This document shows, in pieces, positions 9,193 to 17,844 of a stretch of DNA of 39,440 bases (its first letter is position 1; every line of letters begins with the position of its first letter). The notes below the pieces were generated by a model. That model was given only the letters and a program-made list of their open reading frames with translations, searched no databases and was not told the origin of the DNA. Source of the DNA: Desulfobacterales bacterium (GTDB taxonomy: Bacteria > Desulfobacterota > Desulfobacteria > Desulfobacterales > UBA2245); assembly GCA_040771865.1 (NCBI GenBank), contig JAXGZF010000006.1, forward strand, positions 372,001 through 411,440. The letters run 5' to 3'. The position numbers and the translations under genes were made by a program.

Positions 9193-11634
9193 GTGGATCG
9201 GCCAATTTATTTCCGTCCGATCATTGCCCTGACGCTGGCCCAAGGTCTGGGAATTGTCATTGCCGGACGCACCGAAGGCGGTTCCCTCTGGGCTTATGCG
9301 GTTATATGCGCCTGCCTGGCTTATCTGATCTGGCGGATCAGCCGCGAAAAAGGCTCGGCGCTGGTTCCGCTCGCACTTTTCTTTTTCATCGGCTGGGTTT
9401 CCATCAAGTCCTATCTCGCTCCGATACTGCCTTCGGACCATATTTTCAACTTTCTCAGCGAACGCCCTCAAAAAATTACCGGAACCATTGAGACCGACGC
9501 CATGCCCTATGCATTTGGGGCGAGATATGATCTTCGCGTTGAAGCCGTCGGGACACAATGCGCATCCGGTAAAATCCGGCTGACGGTTCTCGGCGGGGAA
9601 AATTTTCTGAGCGCCGGCGACCGTGTGGAGTTTACGGGACGGATTCGACCGATTCGGGGGTCGATCAATCCCGGCGGATTCGACTATGCCCGGTATATGC
9701 GAATGCACCGCATCTGGGGCGCCTGTTACGTGAAGCAGGAGTCGCTGCGTATTCAGGAAAAAAGTCCGCCTTCCCGGGAGTGGAAGCAAGTTGAAAACTT
9801 TCGCCGCAACCTGGTCGAACGGATCGAAAACAGTGTATCCGGCCAGTCGGCACAGGTTCTGAAAGCATTGGTTGCCGGAGAGCGGGAAGGCATTTCCCTA
9901 CCGGTTCAAGAAGCGTTCAACCGCTCCGGCGCCGCTCACGCACTTGCGGTTTCAGGGCTTCACGTGGGCATGGTTGCAGGATCGGCAATGGCATTTTTCT
10001 GCTGGGCCTTATCCTATGCACCCTGGCTGACGGAAGGCGGAAGGGTTCGAAAGGCCGCGGCTGTTCTGACATCATTTTTTGTGGTGGCTTACGGCGTTTT
10101 GACCGGCATGTCCCCGGCAACTCAGCGGGCCGTTATCATGGCGCTGGTTGTTCTGCTGGGATTTCTGGCGCAAAAAGAACACGACCTCATCAATTCGGTA
10201 TTTATCGCCGCCATGCTGATTCTGATTATTTATCCTCCGGCGCTGTATTCCATTTCCTTTCAGCTTTCCTTTGCGGCCGCGATTGGAATCATAACCGGGT
10301 TTCCGATGATTGCGGCCGGTGAGAGAAAAGAAACTCGATGGATCATTCAAGCATTCAAAACTTCCATATGGGCGTCGATATTTGCCATTGGCGCCACCCT
10401 GCCGCTGGTCATGTATTATTTTAATCAGATCTCCTGGGTCGGCGTGATCAGCAATCTGCTGGTGATACCGCTTCTGGGATGCTGGGTGCTTCCTCTTGCC
10501 CTGGGCGGCGCATGGATGGAGCTTTTCAGCCCGGCTGTCTCCGGATTTTTTCTGAAATTGGCCGGATTCGGCACGGATCTGATGCTGAATATCGTTGTCT
10601 GGATCGGGTCCGTTTCCTGGGCGGCCGTAAAAACGATTACGCCGTCGTGGCTCGAGATATCCGCATATTACGGAATTACCGGTTGCGCGATGCGCTGGAT
10701 TCAGCTCAAAAGGCGGACAGGGTTGAACCGGGAATCTCAAAACGACTTGCGAATTCAGGTTGTCGGCGCGGTGTGCGCGCTGGTGCTTGCGGCCGATGCC
10801 GGCTACTGGGTTTATGAGCGCTGGTTCAGCGACCGGCTGCGCGTAACGGTTTTGGATGTGGGACAGGGATCATCGACCCTGATTGAGATACCCCGCGGGT
10901 ACTGCATCCTGGTGGACGGAGGCGGTGCGGACAACAGGGTGTTTGATGTCGGAGAAAAAATTGTTGCGCCCTGCCTGTGGCGGAAAAAAATTCATACAAT
11001 CGATCTGATGGTTCTTTCGCATCCGGACAGCGACCATGTCAACGGGCTGGTTTTTGTTGCGAGGCATTTCAATGTCAAACAGTTGTGGACCAACGGCCAG
11101 GGCATGAATTCAAATGCCTGCCGGGAGCTGATGGATATTGTTCTTGAAAAACGCATCGAACTGCCTGCTTTTGAGACGATTCAGCGGGATATTCAGATCC
11201 ATGGAACGTCCCTGAACATCCTGCATCCGCCCATGGATTTCGAGCTCCTTCGGGAGGACGATCAGGATGCCAATGACCATTCGATCGTGCTGAAACTCCG
11301 GCACGGGCAAATCTCTTTTCTGCTTCCCGGCGATATTACCCGGAAAATGGAAAAAAAACTGGTTGAGGCGGAGGGTGAAGGGCTTCGATCGCTGGTCCTG
11401 CTTTCTCCGCACCATGGAAGCGCCACGTCAAGTTCCGATTGCTTTCTCAGAAGCGTGGCGCCCGAAATTGTCATCGTCTCGGCGGGGTGGCGCAACCGTT
11501 TTGGATTTCCGCATCCGTCCGTCATGGAAAGATATCGAAGATACAACTCCCGGGTGTTTGAGACAGCCGTTCACGGTGCGGTTTATCTTGTCAGCGACGG
11601 CAGGCGGCTCGCCGTAAGACCTACCATCCGTTGA
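9193..11634 (+). CDS. comEC: DNA internalization competence protein ComEC/Rec2
   Basis: NPGGFDY, SGAAHALAVSGLHVG and SFQLSFAA in a multi-TM core. C-terminal metallo-beta-lactamase domain (LDVGQG, SHPDSDH, PHHGS, NRFGFPH). Confidence 0.95.
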   Translation: MDRPIYFRPIIALTLAQGLGIVIAGRTEGGSLWAYAVICACLAYLIWRISREKGSALVPLALFFFIGWVSIKSYLAPILPSDHIFNFLSERPQKITGTIETDAMPYAFGARYDLRVEAVGTQCASGKIRLTVLGGENFLSAGDRVEFTGRIRPIRGSINPGGFDYARYMRMHRIWGACYVKQESLRIQEKSPPSREWKQVENFRRNLVERIENSVSGQSAQVLKALVAGEREGISLPVQEAFNRSGAAHALAVSGLHVGMVAGSAMAFFCWALSYAPWLTEGGRVRKAAAVLTSFFVVAYGVLTGMSPATQRAVIMALVVLLGFLAQKEHDLINSVFIAAMLILIIYPPALYSISFQLSFAAAIGIITGFPMIAAGERKETRWIIQAFKTSIWASIFAIGATLPLVMYYFNQISWVGVISNLLVIPLLGCWVLPLALGGAWMELFSPAVSGFFLKLAGFGTDLMLNIVVWIGSVSWAAVKTITPSWLEISAYYGITGCAMRWIQLKRRTGLNRESQNDLRIQVVGAVCALVLAADAGYWVYERWFSDRLRVTVLDVGQGSSTLIEIPRGYCILVDGGGADNRVFDVGEKIVAPCLWRKKIHTIDLMVLSHPDSDHVNGLVFVARHFNVKQLWTNGQGMNSNACRELMDIVLEKRIELPAFETIQRDIQIHGTSLNILHPPMDFELLREDDQDANDHSIVLKLRHGQISFLLPGDITRKMEKKLVEAEGEGLRSLVLLSPHHGSATSSSDCFLRSVAPEIVIVSAGWRNRFGFPHPSVMERYRRYNSRVFETAVHGAVYLVSDGRRLAVRPTIR

Positions 11635-11639
11635 TCGGA

Positions 11640-12686
11640 CTAGGCTGCGGCGAGGTCGCTCGAAACTTTTTGGACGTAATCGGTCACGCTTTGTTGAATT
11701 CCATTCAGGTCTTCCTCTGAGAACATGAGATCCTCCAAAGCGGCTTGATGCACGGGATAAAGAGCGGCGTTCTCGCCGGTTCCGTATCCGCTGCGAATGG
11801 CGATAACATCCGCCACATGGAGAATGTATGCCAGCTTGGGCTCTTCCTGCATCTGCTCAGGGTCATGGTGGCAGCGAATGGCCAGCGTCTGGTTTTCCGG
11901 AATTTTCCAGAACCGGCACAGCTCGGCGGTCAGTTCGGCATGCTCAAAGCCCAGAATCTCTTTTTCCGCATCGAGAAAATTCTTTTTGCCTTCCTGCATC
12001 ACCGCATCAAAGTCGGGTTTCTTCCGGAAAATGTACGGATCCAGAACCAGCTTGCCGGCATCATGAATCAAACCCGCGGAAAAGGCGTCATTTTCGAACT
12101 TGGGTATTCGCTTGGAAGCAATCAGCTTGGATCCGAAAGCCACTGCCAGAGAGTGCTTCCACAGGGAACCGGAATCGACTCCGTAGCCTTTCAGTTCGCG
12201 GTCCAGAAGCTTGGACGTTCCCAGAAGCAAAATGAGTTCGGCCAGGGTTTTCAGACCCAGAACCACCAAGGCCTGATGCACCGAGGTAACCTTCCCGCTC
12301 AGGCCGTAGTAGGAGGAATTGGCCATGCGAAGCACACGTGCGGCGATGGCCTGATCGGTTTCAATGATGGCGCCGATTTCCTTGAAACCGGCATTGGGTT
12401 TTGCCATCACCTCCTGTGCCTTGAGAACGATCTGAGGCATGGGGGGGAGATCTTCGACGGCGGAAAGAATTTTTTTCATCAGATCCTGATCCTGCTGGGC
12501 GGCCGGCTGTTCCGACGCGGAAGGCGCTTTGTCCGCAGAAGCCGCAGTTTCGGATTTTTCCGCCGGAAGGTAAATCCGGATCAGACTCTTGCAGGAAGGG
12601 CAGGGAAAGACGATTTCTTTTCCTCTGGGAATGCGCTCATCGGGAATCTGGTAGGTCTTGCGACACTGGCTGCAGGTAATTTTCAT
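11640..12686 (-). CDS. Zinc-ribbon (MJ0042-type) + HDOD domain signalling protein
   Basis: N-terminal CSQC...CPSC and a low-complexity linker. HDOD motifs LPPMPQIV, DQAIAARVLRMANSSYYG, LWKHS, AGLIHDAGKL, WKIPE and HH. Convergent with comEC, with 5 bp between the stops. Confidence 0.9.
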   Translation of the reverse strand: MKITCSQCRKTYQIPDERIPRGKEIVFPCPSCKSLIRIYLPAEKSETAASADKAPSASEQPAAQQDQDLMKKILSAVEDLPPMPQIVLKAQEVMAKPNAGFKEIGAIIETDQAIAARVLRMANSSYYGLSGKVTSVHQALVVLGLKTLAELILLLGTSKLLDRELKGYGVDSGSLWKHSLAVAFGSKLIASKRIPKFENDAFSAGLIHDAGKLVLDPYIFRKKPDFDAVMQEGKKNFLDAEKEILGFEHAELTAELCRFWKIPENQTLAIRCHHDPEQMQEEPKLAYILHVADVIAIRSGYGTGENAALYPVHQAALEDLMFSEEDLNGIQQSVTDYVQKVSSDLAAA

Positions 12687-12990
12687 ATATTTGATCTTTC
12701 CGTGGCGATTGTAAAGTTAAACATGCCGCACAGTCAAAATTTGAATAAGTTTAATTGAAATGCAAAAAATATCAAGATACAAAATATGCCGCAATGCGGA
12801 AGATCGCATAGGTTGAATGAAACGGAACCCGCCGGAGCGCCCGGCAAACCGCATGCGGCACAAACTCTCTGATATCATGGCCATCGCCATGCGCAGGGTT
12901 GAAAATCCATATTCGGCACTGTGCCATCTCAGAACATAACCGGCGCCCCATCATGGGGCGTCGGCGCTGGATTCCGGCATTCGAAGTCAT

Positions 12991-13020
12991 TTGACATTTT
13001 ATGCGAAATGTGTTGAAAAT
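12991..13020 (+). promoter_or_regulatory. Candidate sigma70 promoter for the glycan operon
   Basis: Perfect TTGACA at 12991-12996 and an imperfect -10 (GAAAAT) 18 nt downstream, ~60 bp before the rfbB ATG. Confidence 0.35.
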
Positions 13021-13078
13021 ACTCATTTTATGAGGATTTGTCGCCCTGTTTTCCGGCAATGCATGTAATGCGGGGAGG

Positions 13079-15088
13079 ATGCGGTTGAAAAACATACTGG
13101 TGACAGGCGGATGCGGTTTTATCGGCGCCAACTTCATTCGGTTTGCGCGCGAACGGGCGCCCCTTGTCCGAATTGTCAACCTCGACAAGCTGACCTATGC
13201 GGGCAACCCGGCCAACCTCGCCGGAATAGCAGAAGACGCCCGTTACCGGATGGTCAAGGGCGATATCTGCGACCCCGAACTGGTTGAACGCCTTTTTGTC
13301 GAGGAGCGGATCGACACGGTTGTCCATTTTGCCGCGGAATCCCATGTGGACCGCAGCATCACCGGCCCGGCCGAGTTCATCCGCACCAATATTCAGGGCA
13401 CGTTTATCCTCCTGGAAGCGGCGCGCCGGGCCTGGATCGGCGGCGCGTCATTTGATTGCAACCAGGCCCGGTTTCTCCATGTCAGCACCGACGAGGTCTA
13501 CGGATCCCTCGGTGAAACCGGTTTCTTCACCGAGCAGACGCCCTACGATCCACGGTCGCCCTATTCGGCCAGCAAGGCTTCATCCGACCATCTGGTCAGC
13601 GCCTACTTTCACACCTACGGCCTTCCGGTTCTGATCACCAACTGCTCCAACAACTACGGCCCGTACCAGTTTCCGGAGAAGCTGATTCCCCTGATGATTC
13701 ACAATGCCCTTAACGGCAGGGAACTGCCTGTTTACGGAGACGGCGGAAACGTCCGCGACTGGCTTTATGTGCAGGACCACTGTGCCGCGATTCTAAAGGT
13801 TCTTGAGGGCGGAAGACCGGGACAGACCTACAACATCGGGGGAAACACCGAAAAGCGGAATATCGAGGTGGTTCAAACGATCTGCGATCTGCTCGATGAA
13901 AAGGCAGGACGGCTGTTTCCCCATAAGACCCGCCGTTCCCTGGTCCGATTCATCACCGACCGCCCCGGCCATGACCGCCGCTATGCGATTGATGCGGGAA
14001 AGCTCAAGGCCGAGCTGGGATGGCAGCCTTCCATGACCTTTGAGGAAGGAATTCGAAGGACCATCGACTGGTATCTCGACAACCCGGACTGGGTGGCATC
14101 GGTCGTCGACGGCTCCTACCGGGAATACTACGCGAGGCAGTATGGAGACGCGGAACCGGAGACGGCGCGCATCCGTGTCGCTCTGACCGGGGGAAAGGGG
14201 ATGCTGGCTCGTATGATGCTTCAAAACAGGCCTGCCGAATGCGAGATTCATTCCTATGACCTGCCCGAATTCGACATCACCGACCGGGACCGGGTGCTGG
14301 CCACTTTCAGGGAACTCAAACCCGACATCATCATTAACTGTGCGGCCCGCACAGACGTCGACGGTTGCGAGAGCGACGCCGGCGCGGCCATGCGGGTCAA
14401 CGGGAATGCTCCCGGATACCTTGCTCAAGCCGCCGTCGAGACAAACGCCCTTCTGGTGCATATCTCCACCGACTATGTATTTGACGGCGTCAAACAGATC
14501 CCCTACAGTGAGGAAGACGAACCGGCGCCCCGTTCGGTCTATGGCCGGTCCAAGCTGGCCGGTGAAAGAGCGGTCATTTCCAGCGGCCTCAGGCGGTATT
14601 TCATCGTGCGCACCAGCTGGCTGTATGGCCCCGGCGGCCGGAACTTCGTGGAATCGATTCTGCGCCTTGCCGCCGAGCGCGAAGAACTGCGGATCGTCGC
14701 CGACCAGACGGGCTCGCCGACCTATACCGGCGATCTGGCCAAGGCTGTATTCAACCTTGTCGGCCGGGCCATGGATTCTTCCCGGTCTGAAACCGGCGAT
14801 CTTTACGGCATCTATCATTTTTCCAACGAGGGGGTGTGCACCTGGTTCGAATTTGCCGTTGAAATTCTCAAAAATGCCCGGAATGGAAATCTTCCGCTCA
14901 GGGTCAAAAAAGTGGTTCCCATCGCGACCAAAGACTATCCGCTGCCGGCCGAAAGACCCGCCTGGTCGGCGCTGAGCAAAGACAAATACCGCCGGGCAAC
15001 CGGAGCGTCCGTCCCCGCCTGGCAGGAGAGCCTTGAGAAATATTTTCACTTGCGTGCATCGGCTGAACACGGTAAGGCGGACCGGTGA
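13079..15088 (+). CDS. rfbB: Fused dTDP-glucose 4,6-dehydratase (RmlB) / dTDP-4-dehydrorhamnose reductase (RmlD)
   Basis: N half: TGGCGFIG, DKLTYAGN, HFAAESHVDRSI, STDEVYG, YSASK, DRPGHDRRY. C half, in the same frame with no stop: TGGKGMLA, NCAARTDVD, HISTDYVFDG, YGRSK, DQTGSPT. Confidence 0.93.
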   Translation: MRLKNILVTGGCGFIGANFIRFARERAPLVRIVNLDKLTYAGNPANLAGIAEDARYRMVKGDICDPELVERLFVEERIDTVVHFAAESHVDRSITGPAEFIRTNIQGTFILLEAARRAWIGGASFDCNQARFLHVSTDEVYGSLGETGFFTEQTPYDPRSPYSASKASSDHLVSAYFHTYGLPVLITNCSNNYGPYQFPEKLIPLMIHNALNGRELPVYGDGGNVRDWLYVQDHCAAILKVLEGGRPGQTYNIGGNTEKRNIEVVQTICDLLDEKAGRLFPHKTRRSLVRFITDRPGHDRRYAIDAGKLKAELGWQPSMTFEEGIRRTIDWYLDNPDWVASVVDGSYREYYARQYGDAEPETARIRVALTGGKGMLARMMLQNRPAECEIHSYDLPEFDITDRDRVLATFRELKPDIIINCAARTDVDGCESDAGAAMRVNGNAPGYLAQAAVETNALLVHISTDYVFDGVKQIPYSEEDEPAPRSVYGRSKLAGERAVISSGLRRYFIVRTSWLYGPGGRNFVESILRLAAEREELRIVADQTGSPTYTGDLAKAVFNLVGRAMDSSRSETGDLYGIYHFSNEGVCTWFEFAVEILKNARNGNLPLRVKKVVPIATKDYPLPAERPAWSALSKDKYRRATGASVPAWQESLEKYFHLRASAEHGKADR

Positions 15089-15134
15089 AAGTTGCGGGAA
15101 CGATCATGCCTTTGTCGAAAAATGGAGTTTTCCT

Positions 15135-15683
15135 GTGAAGGTCCAAAAAACGGCAATTCCCGGCGTCCTCATCATCGAACCCAAGGTTTTTGGCGATGAG
15201 CGGGGTTTTTTCATGGAGAGCTTCAACCAGCGGGACTGGGAAGCGATGACCGGATTGAAAACGGTCTTTGTGCAGGACAACCATTCCGCTTCGACCCAAG
15301 GGGTTCTGCGCGGGCTGCACTATCAGCTTCCGCCCGCCGCCCAGGGGAAGCTGGTCCGCTGCGTGGTCGGCGAGATCTTTGACGTGGCGGTGGATATCCG
15401 CAAAGGCGCATCGACCTTCGGTCAATGGACAGGGGTGAATCTGTCCGCAGAAAATAAACGGCAGTTCTGGATTCCCGAGGGGTTTGCCCACGGCTTTCTG
15501 GTGCTCTCGAAAACCGCCGAGGTCCTTTATAAAACCACCGGTTATTATGCGCCGGCATGTGACCGGAGCATTATCTGGAATGATCCTGATCTCGGCGTTG
15601 TGTGGCCATACTCTGAGGCCCCCATACTGTCGGAAAAGGATCGTTCGGCCGCGCGTTTTGCTGAAGCGGAAATTTTTGAGTAA
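15135..15683 (+). CDS. rfbC: dTDP-4-dehydrorhamnose 3,5-epimerase
   Basis: Motifs FGDERGFF, QDNHS, GVLRGLHYQ, DVAVDIR and GFAHGF. The start was moved to GTG 15135, after RBS ggag at 15124. Confidence 0.95.
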   Translation: MKVQKTAIPGVLIIEPKVFGDERGFFMESFNQRDWEAMTGLKTVFVQDNHSASTQGVLRGLHYQLPPAAQGKLVRCVVGEIFDVAVDIRKGASTFGQWTGVNLSAENKRQFWIPEGFAHGFLVLSKTAEVLYKTTGYYAPACDRSIIWNDPDLGVVWPYSEAPILSEKDRSAARFAEAEIFE

Positions 15684-15689
15684 TCCGAG

Positions 15690-16508
15690 ATGAATGATTC
15701 CGTCAATCCACTGGATTTATTCCGCAGCCTCTTCCGCAATCGTCATCTGCTCTGGCAGATGACGCAACGAGAGGTCGTCGGCCGCTATCGGGGCTCGGTC
15801 CTGGGAATGTTATGGTCCTTTTTCAATCCGATTTTCATGCTGGCTATTTATACTTTTGTCTTCAGCGTTGTTTTTCAGGCCAGGTGGGGGCATAGCCATT
15901 CGGAGAGCAAAACCGAATTTGCCGTCATCCTTTTTGCCGGACTGATTGTGTTCACTCTTTTTGCCGAGGTGGTCAATCGTGCGCCCGGTCTGATTCTGGG
16001 GAATGTCAGTTATGTCAAGAAAGTGGTTTTCCCGCTGGAGATCCTTCCAGTCATCGCCGCCGGTTCTGCGCTTTTTCACACCACGATCAGCGTGATGGTG
16101 CTGCTTGCTTTTCACGGCCTTGTCAGGGGGGTCCTTCCTGTAACCGTTCTGCTGCTTCCGGTCGTCCTTTTGCCGCTGCTGATATTGATTCTGGGTTTGG
16201 CCTGGTTTTTGGCCTCCCTGGGTGTGTTCCTGCGAGACGTTGGGCAGACGATCGGCATTTTCACGACGGCGTTGCTGTTTTTGAGCCCTGTTTTTTACCC
16301 GGTCTCGGCGCTGCCCGAGGGGATCCGCCGCTATCTTTTCCTCAACCCGCTGACCTTCATCATCGAGCAGACGAGGGAAGTCCTCCTCTGGGGAAATTGT
16401 CCGGACTGGTGCGGTTTGGCGATTTCTTTATTCATCAATGCGGGATTTGCGTGGGCCGGCTTATTCTGGTTTCAGAAGACGAGGAGGGGGTTTGCCGATG
16501 TCCTCTGA
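15690..16508 (+). CDS. wzm: O-antigen/glycan ABC exporter permease Wzm
   Basis: Motifs REVVGRYRGSVLGMLWSFFNP, YVKKVVFPLE, FLRD, SPVFYP and NPL, with about 6 TM segments. Confidence 0.92.
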   Translation: MNDSVNPLDLFRSLFRNRHLLWQMTQREVVGRYRGSVLGMLWSFFNPIFMLAIYTFVFSVVFQARWGHSHSESKTEFAVILFAGLIVFTLFAEVVNRAPGLILGNVSYVKKVVFPLEILPVIAAGSALFHTTISVMVLLAFHGLVRGVLPVTVLLLPVVLLPLLILILGLAWFLASLGVFLRDVGQTIGIFTTALLFLSPVFYPVSALPEGIRRYLFLNPLTFIIEQTREVLLWGNCPDWCGLAISLFINAGFAWAGLFWFQKTRRGFADVL

Positions 16509-17844
16509 AATCGCCGTGAAAGTCGAAGGCCTTTCCAAGTGTTACCAGATTTACGACAGGCCCAACGACCGTCTTAAACAATCTATTTATCCTCGTCTGC
16601 AAAGGCTTGCAGGCAAACCGCCCAAACAATATTACAGAGAATTCTGGGCGCTCAAAGATGTATCTTTCGAGGTTAAGAAAGGTGAGACCATCGGCATCAT
16701 CGGCCGCAATGGATCGGGAAAATCCACGCTGCTGCAGCTTGTCTGCGGCACGTTGACGTCCACGCTCGGAAAAGTTGAGACGAACGGGCGCGTGGGGGCT
16801 CTGCTGGAGCTGGGTTCCGGTTTCAATCCCGATTTTACGGGACGTGAAAACATATACATGAACGCCTCCATCCTCGGGCTGAGCCGGGAGGAGATCGATG
16901 AAAAATTCGATGATATTGTTGCTTTTGCCGATATCGGCGATTTTATTGAGCAGCCCGTCAAAACCTACTCGAGCGGCATGGCTGTTCGACTGGCTTTTGC
17001 GGTTCAGTCCCAGGTTTCCCCGGATGTTTTGATTGTGGACGAGGCCCTGGCGGTTGGCGACGCCAAATTCCAGGCCAGGTGTTTCGACCGGCTGAGGAAG
17101 CTCAAGGACGGCGGCGCCAGTATACTGATCGTGACGCATTCCAGCGAACAGATCGTGACGCACTGCACCAGCGCAATACTGCTGGAAAACGGCAGGGTTC
17201 TGGAGACCGGACAACCTCGATTCGTTGTCAACCGTTATATGGATCTGCTGTTCGGCAAAGAAAAAAAACCGCTTGAAACCGCTTCATTGTCCACGGCATC
17301 AGCTGCTGTGAACGAGATTGCGGATCCGGGCGCCTTGTTAAACTGCACGGATGATGTGCTTTCCACCCGCCCCGGTTACAACCCGCATGAATACCGCTGG
17401 GGAGACGGGGGCGCCGCCATTCTGGATTTCATTTTGATTGCGGATGGTGAAACTTACCCTTCCGCCGTTACTTCGGGACAAAACATCGAATTGGCCATTT
17501 CAGTAAGGTTCTTGAGCCTTCTGGTGCGTCCGATCTTGGGCGTCACCATCAAAACCAAAGAGGGCGTGACTGTCTATGGCGTTAATACGGAAACTCTGGA
17601 GGTCGGGCAGTTCCAATCTTTGGGCAAGCCGGGTCAGGCGGCATATGTCGCGGCGTCCTTCTGTTGTCGCCTCGCGCCCGGCGACTATTTCATCTCGCTG
17701 GGAATCGCTACGCGGCAGGGAGAGGATATTGTACCCCACGACAGGCGTTACGATGCCATCCATTTGCAGGTGCGGCCGGCAGCGGCATTTTTTGGGTTGA
17801 TTGATCTGGGTTTTGAACTGAAGGTAAAGGAAATTGTACCGTGA
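16498..17844 (+). CDS. wzt: O-antigen/glycan ABC exporter ATPase Wzt with C-terminal carbohydrate-binding (Wzt_C) extension
   Basis: GRNGSGKST, YSSGM and DEALAVGD, plus a ~200-aa C-terminal extension (RWGDG...LAPGDYFISLGI). ATG 16498 overlaps the end of wzm. Confidence 0.92.
   Translation: MSSEIAVKVEGLSKCYQIYDRPNDRLKQSIYPRLQRLAGKPPKQYYREFWALKDVSFEVKKGETIGIIGRNGSGKSTLLQLVCGTLTSTLGKVETNGRVGALLELGSGFNPDFTGRENIYMNASILGLSREEIDEKFDDIVAFADIGDFIEQPVKTYSSGMAVRLAFAVQSQVSPDVLIVDEALAVGDAKFQARCFDRLRKLKDGGASILIVTHSSEQIVTHCTSAILLENGRVLETGQPRFVVNRYMDLLFGKEKKPLETASLSTASAAVNEIADPGALLNCTDDVLSTRPGYNPHEYRWGDGGAAILDFILIADGETYPSAVTSGQNIELAISVRFLSLLVRPILGVTIKTKEGVTVYGVNTETLEVGQFQSLGKPGQAAYVAASFCCRLAPGDYFISLGIATRQGEDIVPHDRRYDAIHLQVRPAAAFFGLIDLGFELKVKEIVP

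Noticed and set aside
12841..12870. GEMM-like ggcaaaccgcatgcggcacaaa in the HDOD/rfbB intergenic region
   Set aside because: The stem is only a 10-bp palindrome without a tetraloop, and the downstream aptamer elements are absent.
12939..12964. GC-rich hairpin ccggcgcccca-tca-tggggcgtcgg as a terminator
   Set aside because: There is no U tract on either side and it lies between divergent genes. A function cannot be supported.
11745..15070. Long antisense ORFs 11745..12758 (+) and 13793..15070 (-); likewise 6568..7632 (-) elsewhere
   Set aside because: They lie opposite well-supported genes (HDOD, rmlB-rmlD, qrcD) and have no family motifs.
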